DNA of 64,000 nt from Bdellovibrionales bacterium. Its GTDB lineage: Bacteria; Bdellovibrionota; UBA1018; JADZFF01. The stretch spans positions 50 through 64,049 of the forward strand of contig JADZFF010000033.1 in NCBI GenBank assembly GCA_020850015.1, written 5' to 3'. Under the pieces are notes generated by a model, which was not told the DNA's origin, did no database searches, and worked only from the letters and a program-made list of their open reading frames with translations. The position numbers and the translations under genes were made by a program. This document shows positions 9,073-17,814 of this stretch, in pieces; position 1 is the stretch's first letter, and each line of letters opens with the position of its first letter.

Positions 9073-10169
9073 CGCAGGTTTCCCTGAGGCGCCGCCGCCT
9101 CGCGCAGCGCTGGGTGGTTCTTGAGCTGGGGGTGTTTCTCGAGGAAAGCCTTTCTGACGAGCTCGCGCTCCCGCTCGCGCCTGAGCTCGCGCAGGAGCTG
9201 CAGCTCCAGGAGCCAGGGCTGCACCTGAGTCGGATCGAGCTTGCGGCTCTGGCGGAAGTGCTCGAGCGCGTCGGGCTTCCGCCCGGCCCGAAGCGCCGCC
9301 TCGCCTTGCGCGAAGCGCCGCTCTGAGGGGTTCTGATCTCCGGGCTCGGCCGCTTCCATCGCCTCGAGATCCAGGAGCGCCTCGTAGTAGGGGCCCATCC
9401 CCCGATACAGGAGGCCGCGGTAATCGGCCGTGCCTTCGAGCTCCCGCACCAGGATCTCGTCGAAAGGAGTGGGAGTTTTGTGGCGAGGAGGCCTGAGCGC
9501 GGTTGCGTAACGGACCCAATGCACGCCGGGCGCGCTCCCTTGCCCTCTGGTTTTCACCCGCCGAAGCGACTCGAAGGCCGCATCCGCCGACCTCAGCACA
9601 TCGATGTGAAGCTCATCGGCGTCTTCCGAGCAGGCCAGCGCGGAGAAAAGAAACTTCGGGTCGCCCCGGACTGCCCGGTTCGCCGCGCCCACTCCGAACT
9701 CCTGGCAGCGCGGGCTTACCCAGAAGAAGGGGCGCGCGACCTGGGTCTTGAATCGGATGCGCACGTTCGCGGGCAGGGCCTTGCCCACGCGGACGGCGAA
9801 GGCCGGCGCGTCGAAGGGGCCGTTCGCGCTGACCACCACCGTGTCCTTGCTCTCCTGCCTGTGGGACACGAAAACAGCGGGCCGGGCCGCGGGAGGAACC
9901 GGCGCCACCACCTCTGTCACCTCCGGGGGCAGGGTGATCCGGATCGAGGCCATGGGGCTCTCGAGCGTGCCGCCCCGACCGGGCAGGGGAACGGCGCCCC
10001 AGCCCCAGGTCACCGAGCTCTTCCAGGGCCGAGGCAGCCACTGCTTCCCGGCCTGAACCTGGATCGAGACCTCGGTGGGAGGAGGAACCGGGGAGGTGAG
10101 CGCGGCCGGGTCTTCCTCAGCCAGCGCGCGCAGGGGCGCCGATGCTCCGAGCACTAGAGCGCAAACCAA
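9069..10169 (-). CDS. Secreted protein with a TPR-like C-terminal region; start codon uncertain
   Basis: Hydrophobic N-terminus ...LVCALVLGASAPLRALA and a TPR-like helix pair (ALRAGRKPDALEHFRQSRKLDP). It is translationally coupled to 8023-9072. The listed start is TTG, and the frame is open for 24 more codons upstream. Confidence 0.6.
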   Translation of the reverse strand: MVCALVLGASAPLRALAEEDPAALTSPVPPPTEVSIQVQAGKQWLPRPWKSSVTWGWGAVPLPGRGGTLESPMASIRITLPPEVTEVVAPVPPAARPAVFVSHRQESKDTVVVSANGPFDAPAFAVRVGKALPANVRIRFKTQVARPFFWVSPRCQEFGVGAANRAVRGDPKFLFSALACSEDADELHIDVLRSADAAFESLRRVKTRGQGSAPGVHWVRYATALRPPRHKTPTPFDEILVRELEGTADYRGLLYRGMGPYYEALLDLEAMEAAEPGDQNPSERRFAQGEAALRAGRKPDALEHFRQSRKLDPTQVQPWLLELQLLRELRRERERELVRKAFLEKHPQLKNHPALREAAAPQGNLR

Positions 10170-10312
10170 GGAGGCGGATAGTGAGCTGAGCTTCAGGCGC
10201 CGAATATTTCCCCCAGGTCCCAGGATCGCATGAAAAGGGCACTAACGCATCGGAACTTCAGGTGAATCTTGCCTATTGGTCACATGAGGAACGCGGGCTA
10301 GTGTGCCCCCAT

Positions 10313-10558
10313 ATGGGTGCTTACTTTCCGGCGGCGTTTTTCATCCTCCTGGGCTGGGCTTTTTGGTCGTTCCCGAAGATCGTGGCGGCTTTCGCCGCCG
10401 CGGGCTGTATCGGCTTCGGCCTGGCCTATGGGCTGATCGTCTGGCGGCTTCGGGGGGCGGCCCGCCGAACCCCATCCTTTCGAAACGTCACGTTGGTGAT
10501 GAGTCGGCGGGGCGACGTTTGGACCCACGGTGGCGGGGCCTCAGGCCCTCAGTCCTGA
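10313..10558 (+). CDS. Small hypothetical membrane protein
   Basis: The ATG at 10313 gives MGAYFPAAFFILLGWAFWSFPKIVAAFAAAGCIGFGLAYGLIVW, which is two TM helices. There is no other support. Confidence 0.3.
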   Translation: MGAYFPAAFFILLGWAFWSFPKIVAAFAAAGCIGFGLAYGLIVWRLRGAARRTPSFRNVTLVMSRRGDVWTHGGGASGPQS

Positions 10559-10596
10559 CTTGATGAGTCAAGCATCCCTGGGGTAAGACCCGGGGG

Positions 10597-11763
10597 ATGT
10601 CCGCGACCCTGTCCGAGAGTTACGCCCATATCCCCAAAGACGCCCTCGTCGTCGTCGGCATGTCAGGCGGCGTGGACTCCTCCGTGGCGGCACTCCTCCT
10701 CCATCGGGCCGGCCTTCGCGTGGCCGGGCTCTTCATGCGCAACTGGGACGAAGCTGACGAGAACGGCGTCTGCGCCGCGACCGAAGACTACGAGGACGTG
10801 GCGCGCGTCTGTGAGAAGATCGGCATCCCGTACTACGCCGTGGATTTCGTGGAGGAGTACCGCGACCGCGTGTTCGAGGAGTTCCTGAGCGCCTACCGCG
10901 CGGGTTACACGCCGAACCCCGACGTGCTCTGCAACCGCGAGATCAAGTTCGACGCCTTCTGGGCGCGGGCGCGCGCTTTGGGCGCGGAGTATCTGGCCAC
11001 GGGCCACTACTGCCAGTCCGAGTCGGGTAGCCTTCTCAAAGGCGCCGATCCGGCCAAGGACCAGAGCTACTTCCTGTACGCCGTGCGCCCGCGCGCGCTC
11101 GAGCGTGTGCTCTTCCCGATCGGCCACCTGCCGAAGCCCGAGGTGCGGCGGATCGCCGAAGCAGCCGGCCTTCCCACGCACGACAAAAAAGACAGCACCG
11201 GCATCTGCTTCATCGGCGAGCGCAAATTCCGCCCCTTCCTGAGCCAGTACCTGAAGCCTCGCTTGGGCGAGTTCCGCACGCTCGCGGGCGAGGTGCTGGG
11301 CACGCACCAGGGCGCGCATCTCTTCACGCTCGGTCAGCGCAAGGGCACCGGCATCGGCGGCCCAGGCGAATCGCCCTACGTGGTGGCGAAGGACGTGGAG
11401 AAGAACCTGGTCTACGTGGAGCGGGGCGACCGCCATCCGGCCCTCTACACGGACGATCTTCAGGCCGAGTCCCTGAGCTGGATTCGGGGTCAGTCCCCCG
11501 AGCTGCCCTTCCGCTGTACGGCCAAGGTGCGCTACCGCCAGAGCGATCAAGAGGCGACGGTGGAGCTTCTCGAGTGTGATCCCGTGACCGGCGCCCCGGG
11601 CCAGCTTCGGGTGGTGTTCGACTTGCCTCAGCGCGCCGTGACCCCCGGTCAGCACGTTGTTTTCTATAAAGAAAACGAATGCTTAGGGGGTGGGGTGATC
11701 CGCGCCACCGGGCCCTCCTACTGGCATCAGGGCAAGGCCCTTCCGACAAACCTCTCTCTCTAG
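10597..11763 (+). CDS. mnmA: tRNA 2-thiouridine(34) synthase MnmA
   Basis: PP-loop VVVGMSGGVDSSVAALLL, catalytic-Cys context PDVLCNREIKF, and STGICFIGE. Length is typical for the family. Confidence 0.95.
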   Translation: MSATLSESYAHIPKDALVVVGMSGGVDSSVAALLLHRAGLRVAGLFMRNWDEADENGVCAATEDYEDVARVCEKIGIPYYAVDFVEEYRDRVFEEFLSAYRAGYTPNPDVLCNREIKFDAFWARARALGAEYLATGHYCQSESGSLLKGADPAKDQSYFLYAVRPRALERVLFPIGHLPKPEVRRIAEAAGLPTHDKKDSTGICFIGERKFRPFLSQYLKPRLGEFRTLAGEVLGTHQGAHLFTLGQRKGTGIGGPGESPYVVAKDVEKNLVYVERGDRHPALYTDDLQAESLSWIRGQSPELPFRCTAKVRYRQSDQEATVELLECDPVTGAPGQLRVVFDLPQRAVTPGQHVVFYKENECLGGGVIRATGPSYWHQGKALPTNLSL

Positions 11764-11913
11764 ATCGTCGCAGCCCTCCTCAACTGAATCACTGGAGGTG
11801 GTTCCAAAATGGTGCTCTGCGGCGATTCTACTCTTGAGTACTTAGGTACGCCGCGTTAACTCCAGGGCCTCATTCCGTTCCGTTTTGTTTTTCTGGTTCG
11901 AGGGGAGTTTCGT

Positions 11914-13524
11914 GTGAAGCATCGTGGATTTCTGCGTCTTGGAGCCGCCGCGCTAGCGCTCGCTTTCTTCGCTCTTGCGCCCTTAGTGGCCGAGGCCGAA
12001 CTGCTCCAGATCATCCATACCAACGACCTGCATTCCTACTTCGAGCACTCGCAGAACGCCGACCGTGGAGGCTACCCGGCGGTGAAGGCCGAGATCGATC
12101 GGCTGAAGGCCGAAGCCCAGGCCCAGGGCATCGAGACTTTGGTGCTCGACGCCGGCGATTTCGGCGACGGCGCTCCCCTTTATTTCGCCGACCGCGGAGA
12201 GAGCAGTTGGAACCTCCTCAACGCCATCGGCTACGACGCCGTGGTCTTCGGAAACCACGACTACCTGCCAGGCCAGCCGGACCTCGACCGGATCGTGAGC
12301 AACATCCAGCCGAAGTTCTCGCTCCTGGCCGCGAACTTCGACGTCTCGGCGGAGCAGCCCAACCTGCGCCGCCATGTGAAACCCTACCTGGAGCTCCGGA
12401 AGGCGGGCCTCCGGATCGGCATCCTCGGCATCACGAACACCGAGTGGGCCTACAGCTGGCGCGTGGGCCCTACCGCGATTCGCCCGATGCGCGAAACCTG
12501 GATGCGCTTCGCGCCCGAGCTCAAACGCCGCAACGATCTCGTGATCGCGCTGACCCATCTGGGCATCGATACGGACAAGCGCATGGTGGCGAAGACGCAC
12601 GGAGCGGATCTGGTGGTGGGCGGCCATTCGCACGACTTCCTCGAGGACGCCGTGTGGGTGAACGACGCGCGCGGCAATCCCGTGCCGATCGTCCAGGCGG
12701 GCGAGCACGGCGAGGCCGTGGGCGACCTGCTCATCGATGTCACTCCGGGCAAACCGGTGCAGGTGCTGCGCTACCGCCTGGTGCCCGTGTACTCAGCCGG
12801 GCCGAAGAACCCGGTCGTCCAGCAGGCCGTGGAATCCGCGCGCGCGAGCTTCGAGACTCAGTACGGGCACCACTGGCTCCATGAGTCCGTGGGGCACACG
12901 GCGGTCCAGCTCCATGGGCCCAACACCGGGAACTGCCGGCCCGGGACTGATCTCGTGGTGCGCGCGTTCGCGAACGCGGCTGGCGTGGAGATCGGCCTCG
13001 ACAACGAGGAGTTCTACGGGATGGCGATCCCGCCCGGCGACATCACCCGCGAGCAGATTATCGGCCTCTATCCGCGGATCTACAGCTTCCGCAATACGAT
13101 GGGTTGGACCGTGTGGAAGGCGCGCGTGCATGGGGCGGTGCTGAAGTCGCTCATGGATCTCGTCTTGCAGGCCGGGTACGTCGCGAACGTATGGGGCGTG
13201 ACCTTCGACGTGGAGGCGGGCTCGGGCGGCAAGCCTCAGATCGTGAACCTCAAGGTGGGCGGCGAGCCCCTGAGGGCCGCGAAGCGCTACAGCGTGGCGC
13301 TACCCGAGGGCATGGCGCTCTGGATGCGCGACGCCACGACGCTCATGCAGTTTTTCGTCACCCAAGGGCTCACCGATACGCACATTCCCGTCTGGACGGC
13401 GGTGGAGCGTGAGCTCAAGCGCATGGGCGGCCGCGTGGCCCACCCGCGCGAGCAGCCGTCGCCGAACGTCGGCGTTCAGCTTCCGGGCATGAGCGACTGC
13501 CTGGGCGGCTCGTCGAACAGATAG
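11914..13524 (+). CDS. Secreted bifunctional metallophosphatase/5'-nucleotidase (UshA family)
   Basis: Signal peptide followed by IIHTNDLHSYF, DAGDFGDG, FGNHDY and VGGHSHD metallophosphoesterase motifs, with a C-terminal 5'-nucleotidase-like domain. Confidence 0.9.
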   Translation: MKHRGFLRLGAAALALAFFALAPLVAEAELLQIIHTNDLHSYFEHSQNADRGGYPAVKAEIDRLKAEAQAQGIETLVLDAGDFGDGAPLYFADRGESSWNLLNAIGYDAVVFGNHDYLPGQPDLDRIVSNIQPKFSLLAANFDVSAEQPNLRRHVKPYLELRKAGLRIGILGITNTEWAYSWRVGPTAIRPMRETWMRFAPELKRRNDLVIALTHLGIDTDKRMVAKTHGADLVVGGHSHDFLEDAVWVNDARGNPVPIVQAGEHGEAVGDLLIDVTPGKPVQVLRYRLVPVYSAGPKNPVVQQAVESARASFETQYGHHWLHESVGHTAVQLHGPNTGNCRPGTDLVVRAFANAAGVEIGLDNEEFYGMAIPPGDITREQIIGLYPRIYSFRNTMGWTVWKARVHGAVLKSLMDLVLQAGYVANVWGVTFDVEAGSGGKPQIVNLKVGGEPLRAAKRYSVALPEGMALWMRDATTLMQFFVTQGLTDTHIPVWTAVERELKRMGGRVAHPREQPSPNVGVQLPGMSDCLGGSSNR

Positions 13525-14351
13525 TGCCTCGGGCGGTCCACCTCCAGGAAGCCCAGGCGCAGGTAAAGCGCGATCGAGGCGGGGCTCGCCGCGTCGGCGT
13601 AGAGGAAACAGGACTTTCGGCCATGCGCGAGCTGCTGGGAGACCAGTGAGCCGACGCAGGCCGTGGAATAGCCCTTCCTCCGGTTCTCATGGGGCGTGTA
13701 CACGGCGTTGATGCGGATCCCGTTGCGCGTGGGCTCGGCCAGGCCAGCCATGGAAACCGGCGCGCCGCCCACCTCGAGCACGAAAAGCTCGTGGCTCCGG
13801 ATGCGCTTCTGCGCCGCTTCGCGGAGCTGTTCCGGCGAATGCACCTCATGGGGCAGCGCCTCCGCCGCGAATCGGCCCAGCCACTCCGCCGCGACCGGGA
13901 GCTCGTTGTCATGCATCATGCGGAAGGAGCCTTCCTTCGGGCGTTCGGCCCGGATGCGCGAGATCTCGAAAATGATCTGCTGCTGCGCCAGCGCGGCCCC
14001 GCTGCCCGTATGGCGTTTCCACTCCTGCGCGAAAAACTCCGCCTCGTCGCCGGGGCCCACCACGCCCGGGAGCTTCGCCTTCCGGGTGGCCAGCTCCTGC
14101 GCGATCAACCCGATCGACTCCTGATCCCCCGCCGTGATGATCAGGGGGTTCGGAGGCGTCTGGAGCGCCACGGTGTGCACCGTGCGCTCCTTCACCACGG
14201 TGCCGAAAAAGGCGCCGGCGCATTCAGCCCGGCCATCCGCGAGCGCGAGCGCCAGGCCGAGGGCCAGGTGGTTTTTCCCCTCCTGAGCCTCGAGATGCAC
14301 GAGCGCCTTGGAGAGGAAGTCCTCGGCGCGCTCGTCGGTCAGGATCATCAC
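13476..14351 (-). CDS. GNAT-family N-acetyltransferase
   Basis: Acetyl-CoA binding core NRRKGYSTACVGSLVSQQLAHGRKSCFLYADAASPASIALYLRLGF. Confidence 0.8.
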   Translation of the reverse strand: MMILTDERAEDFLSKALVHLEAQEGKNHLALGLALALADGRAECAGAFFGTVVKERTVHTVALQTPPNPLIITAGDQESIGLIAQELATRKAKLPGVVGPGDEAEFFAQEWKRHTGSGAALAQQQIIFEISRIRAERPKEGSFRMMHDNELPVAAEWLGRFAAEALPHEVHSPEQLREAAQKRIRSHELFVLEVGGAPVSMAGLAEPTRNGIRINAVYTPHENRRKGYSTACVGSLVSQQLAHGRKSCFLYADAASPASIALYLRLGFLEVDRPRHYLFDEPPRQSLMPGS

Positions 14352-14417
14352 CGAGCGATGATACCGGCGGAGGCCAGGGGGCGTCCAGCCTGGGTTGGTG
14401 GTAGTATCTCAGTCCTG

Positions 14418-15233
14418 ATGGTCTTCCCTGAGAGTCGTATCTCGGCCGGGGCGCTCGCGGGTGCCGCTTCAATCTACCTGGGGTTCTCCTTGCTTCTGGT
14501 GTTCTGGAAGGAGGGCTTCGAGGCCGCCGTCGACGAGGACGCATTCGCGGAGTGGGCCACCTGTCTGGCTCTTTTCGTCACCTCGGGGTTTCTCGCAGCC
14601 TCGGGATGGGCTTGCCGGAGCAAGGGCCAGGCGTGGCCGCTCTTTCTTGCCTCCATCGCCTTCTTCTGGGCGGCCGGCGAGGAGATCAGCTGGGGGCAGC
14701 GCATCTTCTCGATTCCGACGCCCGAGGCCTTGCTCGCGATCAACGATCAAGGCGAGCTGAATCTCCACAACGTGGACAAACAGTTCTTCGACCGCGTGCT
14801 CGAACGTGCGTGCGTGTTGCTCGCCGTAGGCCCCGCCCTTCTCCACCTGGCGGGCCGGGAGCGGCTTTTCGGGTATCGGCTACCCGATGCCTATCTGGTC
14901 TGTGCCTTTACCTTGGCTTCAATCTATTACCGGGCGGGCCATCTCAAGCTCCAGTTCTACTACCTGAGCTTCCTCGTCCTGGCTGTCTACGGGGTTGCGG
15001 CTTTCGTCGCGCGCCGCTGGCGGGTGGCATGGGCTTCGGTTGGCGTCTTCGTGCTGAGCTTCGGCTTGGTGGCCGTGAATCGCGCCTTTCGCGGCTCGTT
15101 TCCCGCGCACAACAACGGCGACAACGAGGTCCGCGAGCTGGTGTTCTGCCTGCTCTGCCTGGCCTACGCCGTGATCCTCTGGAGGGATGCGGTCTCGAGT
15201 CTCAACGTTTCGCGGCGTCCAGCGCCCGGTTGA
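14418..15233 (+). CDS. Hypothetical polytopic membrane protein
   Basis: The ATG at 14418 opens a run of at least 6 hydrophobic helices (IYLGFSLLLVFW, LALFVTSGFLAASGW, WPLFLASIAFFWAAGEEISWGQ ...). The upstream part of the 514-aa track ORF is antisense to the GNAT gene and was discarded. Confidence 0.55.
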   Translation: MVFPESRISAGALAGAASIYLGFSLLLVFWKEGFEAAVDEDAFAEWATCLALFVTSGFLAASGWACRSKGQAWPLFLASIAFFWAAGEEISWGQRIFSIPTPEALLAINDQGELNLHNVDKQFFDRVLERACVLLAVGPALLHLAGRERLFGYRLPDAYLVCAFTLASIYYRAGHLKLQFYYLSFLVLAVYGVAAFVARRWRVAWASVGVFVLSFGLVAVNRAFRGSFPAHNNGDNEVRELVFCLLCLAYAVILWRDAVSSLNVSRRPAPG

Positions 15234-15699
15234 TCTCCGTGGCGATTACGCGGGCCAGCTCGGAGGCGGCGTCCTCGGAGCGATTTTCGCACTTTTTTCC
15301 CGAGGATTCGCAGGTTCTGAGCGGTGAGAAATCCGCCATCCACGAGTAGTTGTTCGACCTGAGCCGGGCCTGAGGCGCGGTGTCGGAGAGCACGGGCGTA
15401 TCATTCCACCGAGAGTCCGGGATCGCCGTTTCTCCCAATTCCTTGCACCTGGCCCGAATCACCTTGGCTATCGCCCTGCAACCGGACTCGCCAAGAGGAC
15501 TGAACTCCTTTGCGCCGCCCACGGTGGAACGCGTGGCGGTACAGGACGGCGTCTTCGTATTGCTCTCTTTTGGTCCGAGCAGCCGGTATCTTTCGCCGAC
15601 CGTCCATTCGTTCAGCGCGGAGCACTCGGCGAAGGAGGCAGCTCGCGCCGACGGCACGATCAGAAGCAGAGCGAGAAGGCCGAGGATCCCCGCTCTCAT
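15202..15699 (-). CDS. Small secreted Cys-containing protein, partner of the HExxH protein
   Basis: Signal peptide MRAGILGLLALLLIVPSARA and 7 Cys. Its ATG overlaps the stop of 15696-17063 (ATGA). Confidence 0.55.
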   Translation of the reverse strand: MRAGILGLLALLLIVPSARAASFAECSALNEWTVGERYRLLGPKESNTKTPSCTATRSTVGGAKEFSPLGESGCRAIAKVIRARCKELGETAIPDSRWNDTPVLSDTAPQARLRSNNYSWMADFSPLRTCESSGKKCENRSEDAASELARVIATEINRALDAAKR

Positions 15700-17063
15700 G
15701 AGGTGGGCTCCCCGCCAGAGCCGCCTTCGCAGCCCGTGGCCTCGCGGATTCGGTCCTGGAACGAGGGCGACTCGAAGGCGCAGCGCATGACATCGGCGCC
15801 GAGCGGGTGGGAGAGGTCTTTCACGTACCGGCAGGCTCCCGGGATGACCTCAGGAACCCATCGTTCGGTGGGCGTGGTGCGGATGCGCATCAGCTCGGCG
15901 TAGCCTTCCTCCAGGAACTTTCGCGGACAACCTTTGGCGCAGGGGCCATCGACGAAGCGAAGCCGGTCAGCCCCGCGCGCCACCTCCGCCATGCAGCGCT
16001 CGGCGCGCGGCCCGATCCGGAGCGCGGAGTAGAGTTGCTGGTAAGCGTCGCTGGTTTCCTCCGAGATCCTGCACCTTGTCCCGGGGTAAAAGCTCTGGCG
16101 GAGAGATTCCATCACGCGCGCATTGCCGCGGCGGATTTCCACCTGCCTCCGGATGTAGCTGCAGGCGTGGGCGATCTCGTGCCGGAGCACGTCGTCTGCG
16201 AGGCTCGAATCCAGTTTGCGAGCGGGGCCGAACACGTAAGGCGGAAGGAGGATCGAGCCCGAGGCCATGGGCCAGCGGCGCGGCGAGCGGCGCTCTACCG
16301 CATGGTTGCGCCACTGGGTGGACGTGGGCTCGCCCAGGATGTACTTCGCGCCGTCGGTGCAGGGATCGGGAGCGTGGGGGTCGGTGGGCGGCTCGCACCA
16401 GGTTACGCTCACATTCATGATCATCCGGCGGCACATCCGGTCTCTCAGCCCCAAACCAGTATTGCAGCAGGAGCCCGACATCTGCTCGATGAGCCCGCGC
16501 ACCCGGCCCTCCACCTCGCCGCGTTCGGAGGTCGACGCGGGCTGGGCGCTGATCGATGCCGCGCTCGCCGGCACATACCCTTCGGCGCCGCGCGGCGCGG
16601 AATTCCCGGGCGCGCAAAGGTCGCGGCCGCGCTGATAAGTGACATAAGAGGAGAGGTTTCCCGGGGACCCCAGGGACTCACCCGAGCCGCCCGCGCGGCG
16701 GGCCTGGAGCGCGAGGGGGGTGCAGACGGGGAACCAGGGTTCGCCCGAGGGCCAGGGCCAAGTCGCCGGGGGGGCGCCGGCCACCAGGGTGGAACAGGAA
16801 ATGGGCTCGAAGGGGCGCGGCCCGCTCCCCATGGGGGCCATCGCGCGCTCATGCGTGTGCGGATCATCCACATCGCAGTAGGCGGTGGCGGGGCCGTCGA
16901 GCACCCCCAAGGGAACTCGCGCGGGGGAGGCGATGGCGACTCCCATATCCAGTCCCTCCAGCGAGTGATCGCCGTGCGGTCCGTGTGCCCAGACGGGCGC
17001 CGCGAAGGCGATGAGCCCCAGCCCGAAGAACGTCATTGAAAGTGAAGCGGCCCCCGAAACCAC
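15696..17063 (-). CDS. Secreted Cys-rich putative zinc metalloprotease (HExxH)
   Basis: N-terminal hydrophobic signal (FFGLGLIAFAAPVWA), HExxH in DVLRHEIAHACSY, and about 18 Cys spread through the protein. The start is GTG at 17063 or ATG at 17036. Confidence 0.6.
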   Translation of the reverse strand: MVSGAASLSMTFFGLGLIAFAAPVWAHGPHGDHSLEGLDMGVAIASPARVPLGVLDGPATAYCDVDDPHTHERAMAPMGSGPRPFEPISCSTLVAGAPPATWPWPSGEPWFPVCTPLALQARRAGGSGESLGSPGNLSSYVTYQRGRDLCAPGNSAPRGAEGYVPASAASISAQPASTSERGEVEGRVRGLIEQMSGSCCNTGLGLRDRMCRRMIMNVSVTWCEPPTDPHAPDPCTDGAKYILGEPTSTQWRNHAVERRSPRRWPMASGSILLPPYVFGPARKLDSSLADDVLRHEIAHACSYIRRQVEIRRGNARVMESLRQSFYPGTRCRISEETSDAYQQLYSALRIGPRAERCMAEVARGADRLRFVDGPCAKGCPRKFLEEGYAELMRIRTTPTERWVPEVIPGACRYVKDLSHPLGADVMRCAFESPSFQDRIREATGCEGGSGGEPTS

Positions 17064-17162
17064 GCACTTACAGTTTAGCGGGTCTCGGGGGCCGAGTCTT
17101 GTTGAATATTTTGGTCAATTAACGAGAAAACGACCGAAAAATCATATAGTTAGAAAACCATT
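17064..17162 (-). promoter_or_regulatory. AT-rich intergenic island upstream of the HExxH operon (candidate promoter region)
   Basis: A conspicuously AT-rich stretch (ttgaatattttggtcaattaacgagaaaacgaccgaaaaatcatatagttagaaaacc) in otherwise GC-rich DNA. No clean -35/-10 pair could be assigned. Confidence 0.3.
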
Positions 17163-17720
17163 CTAGCCAGAGAAGGCTTCGATCTTGATGCTCTGGATGG
17201 TCATCTCGCTCAGGGGCTTGTCGTTGCCGTCGGTCTTCGTGGTCGCGATCTTGTCGAGCACGTCGAGGCCTTCGAAGACCTGACCGAAGACGGTGTAGCC
17301 GTCGGCCGGGCCCCCGTTCGCCGGGTGGTCGAGGAAGTGAGCGCCCTTCTCCGGATGCACGACGTAAAACTGCGAGCCGATGCTCTTCGGCCGCGCCGTC
17401 TTGGCGTAGGAGAGCGCGCCGCGGAGGTGCTTCAGCTCCGGGTGGTACTCATCGCCGATCGTGGTGCCGGGGCCGCCCGCGGCGTGGCCGCCGGTGCCGT
17501 TGCGGGCCGTGAAGTCGCCGCCCTGGATCATGAAGTCCTTGATCACGCGGTGGAAGGGCACGTTCACGTACTTCCCCGCGTTCGCGAGGTCGACGAAGTT
17601 TTTCACCGCGCCGGGCACGAGCTCACCGAAGAGCCGCGCCTTCATGACGCCCTGGTTGGTGGTGATGACGGCGATGGGTTCGCCGGCCTTGGGTGCTTGG
17701 AGCTGCTGGGGTTTGTTCAT
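17163..17720 (-). CDS. ppiB: Peptidyl-prolyl cis-trans isomerase, cyclophilin type
   Basis: FHRVIKDFMIQGGDF, GTGG, and SYAKTARPKSIGSQFYV. No signal peptide, so it is probably cytoplasmic. Confidence 0.9.
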   Translation of the reverse strand: MNKPQQLQAPKAGEPIAVITTNQGVMKARLFGELVPGAVKNFVDLANAGKYVNVPFHRVIKDFMIQGGDFTARNGTGGHAAGGPGTTIGDEYHPELKHLRGALSYAKTARPKSIGSQFYVVHPEKGAHFLDHPANGGPADGYTVFGQVFEGLDVLDKIATTKTDGNDKPLSEMTIQSIKIEAFSG

Positions 17721-17814
17721 GCGCGCGAAAGTAGCGCGGGCCGGGAACGGGCGCAAGGGGGAGCGCGGAGGCCCCCTGTGCTAGGCTTTTTGGCATGGCC
17801 TAGGCCGCGATGAA

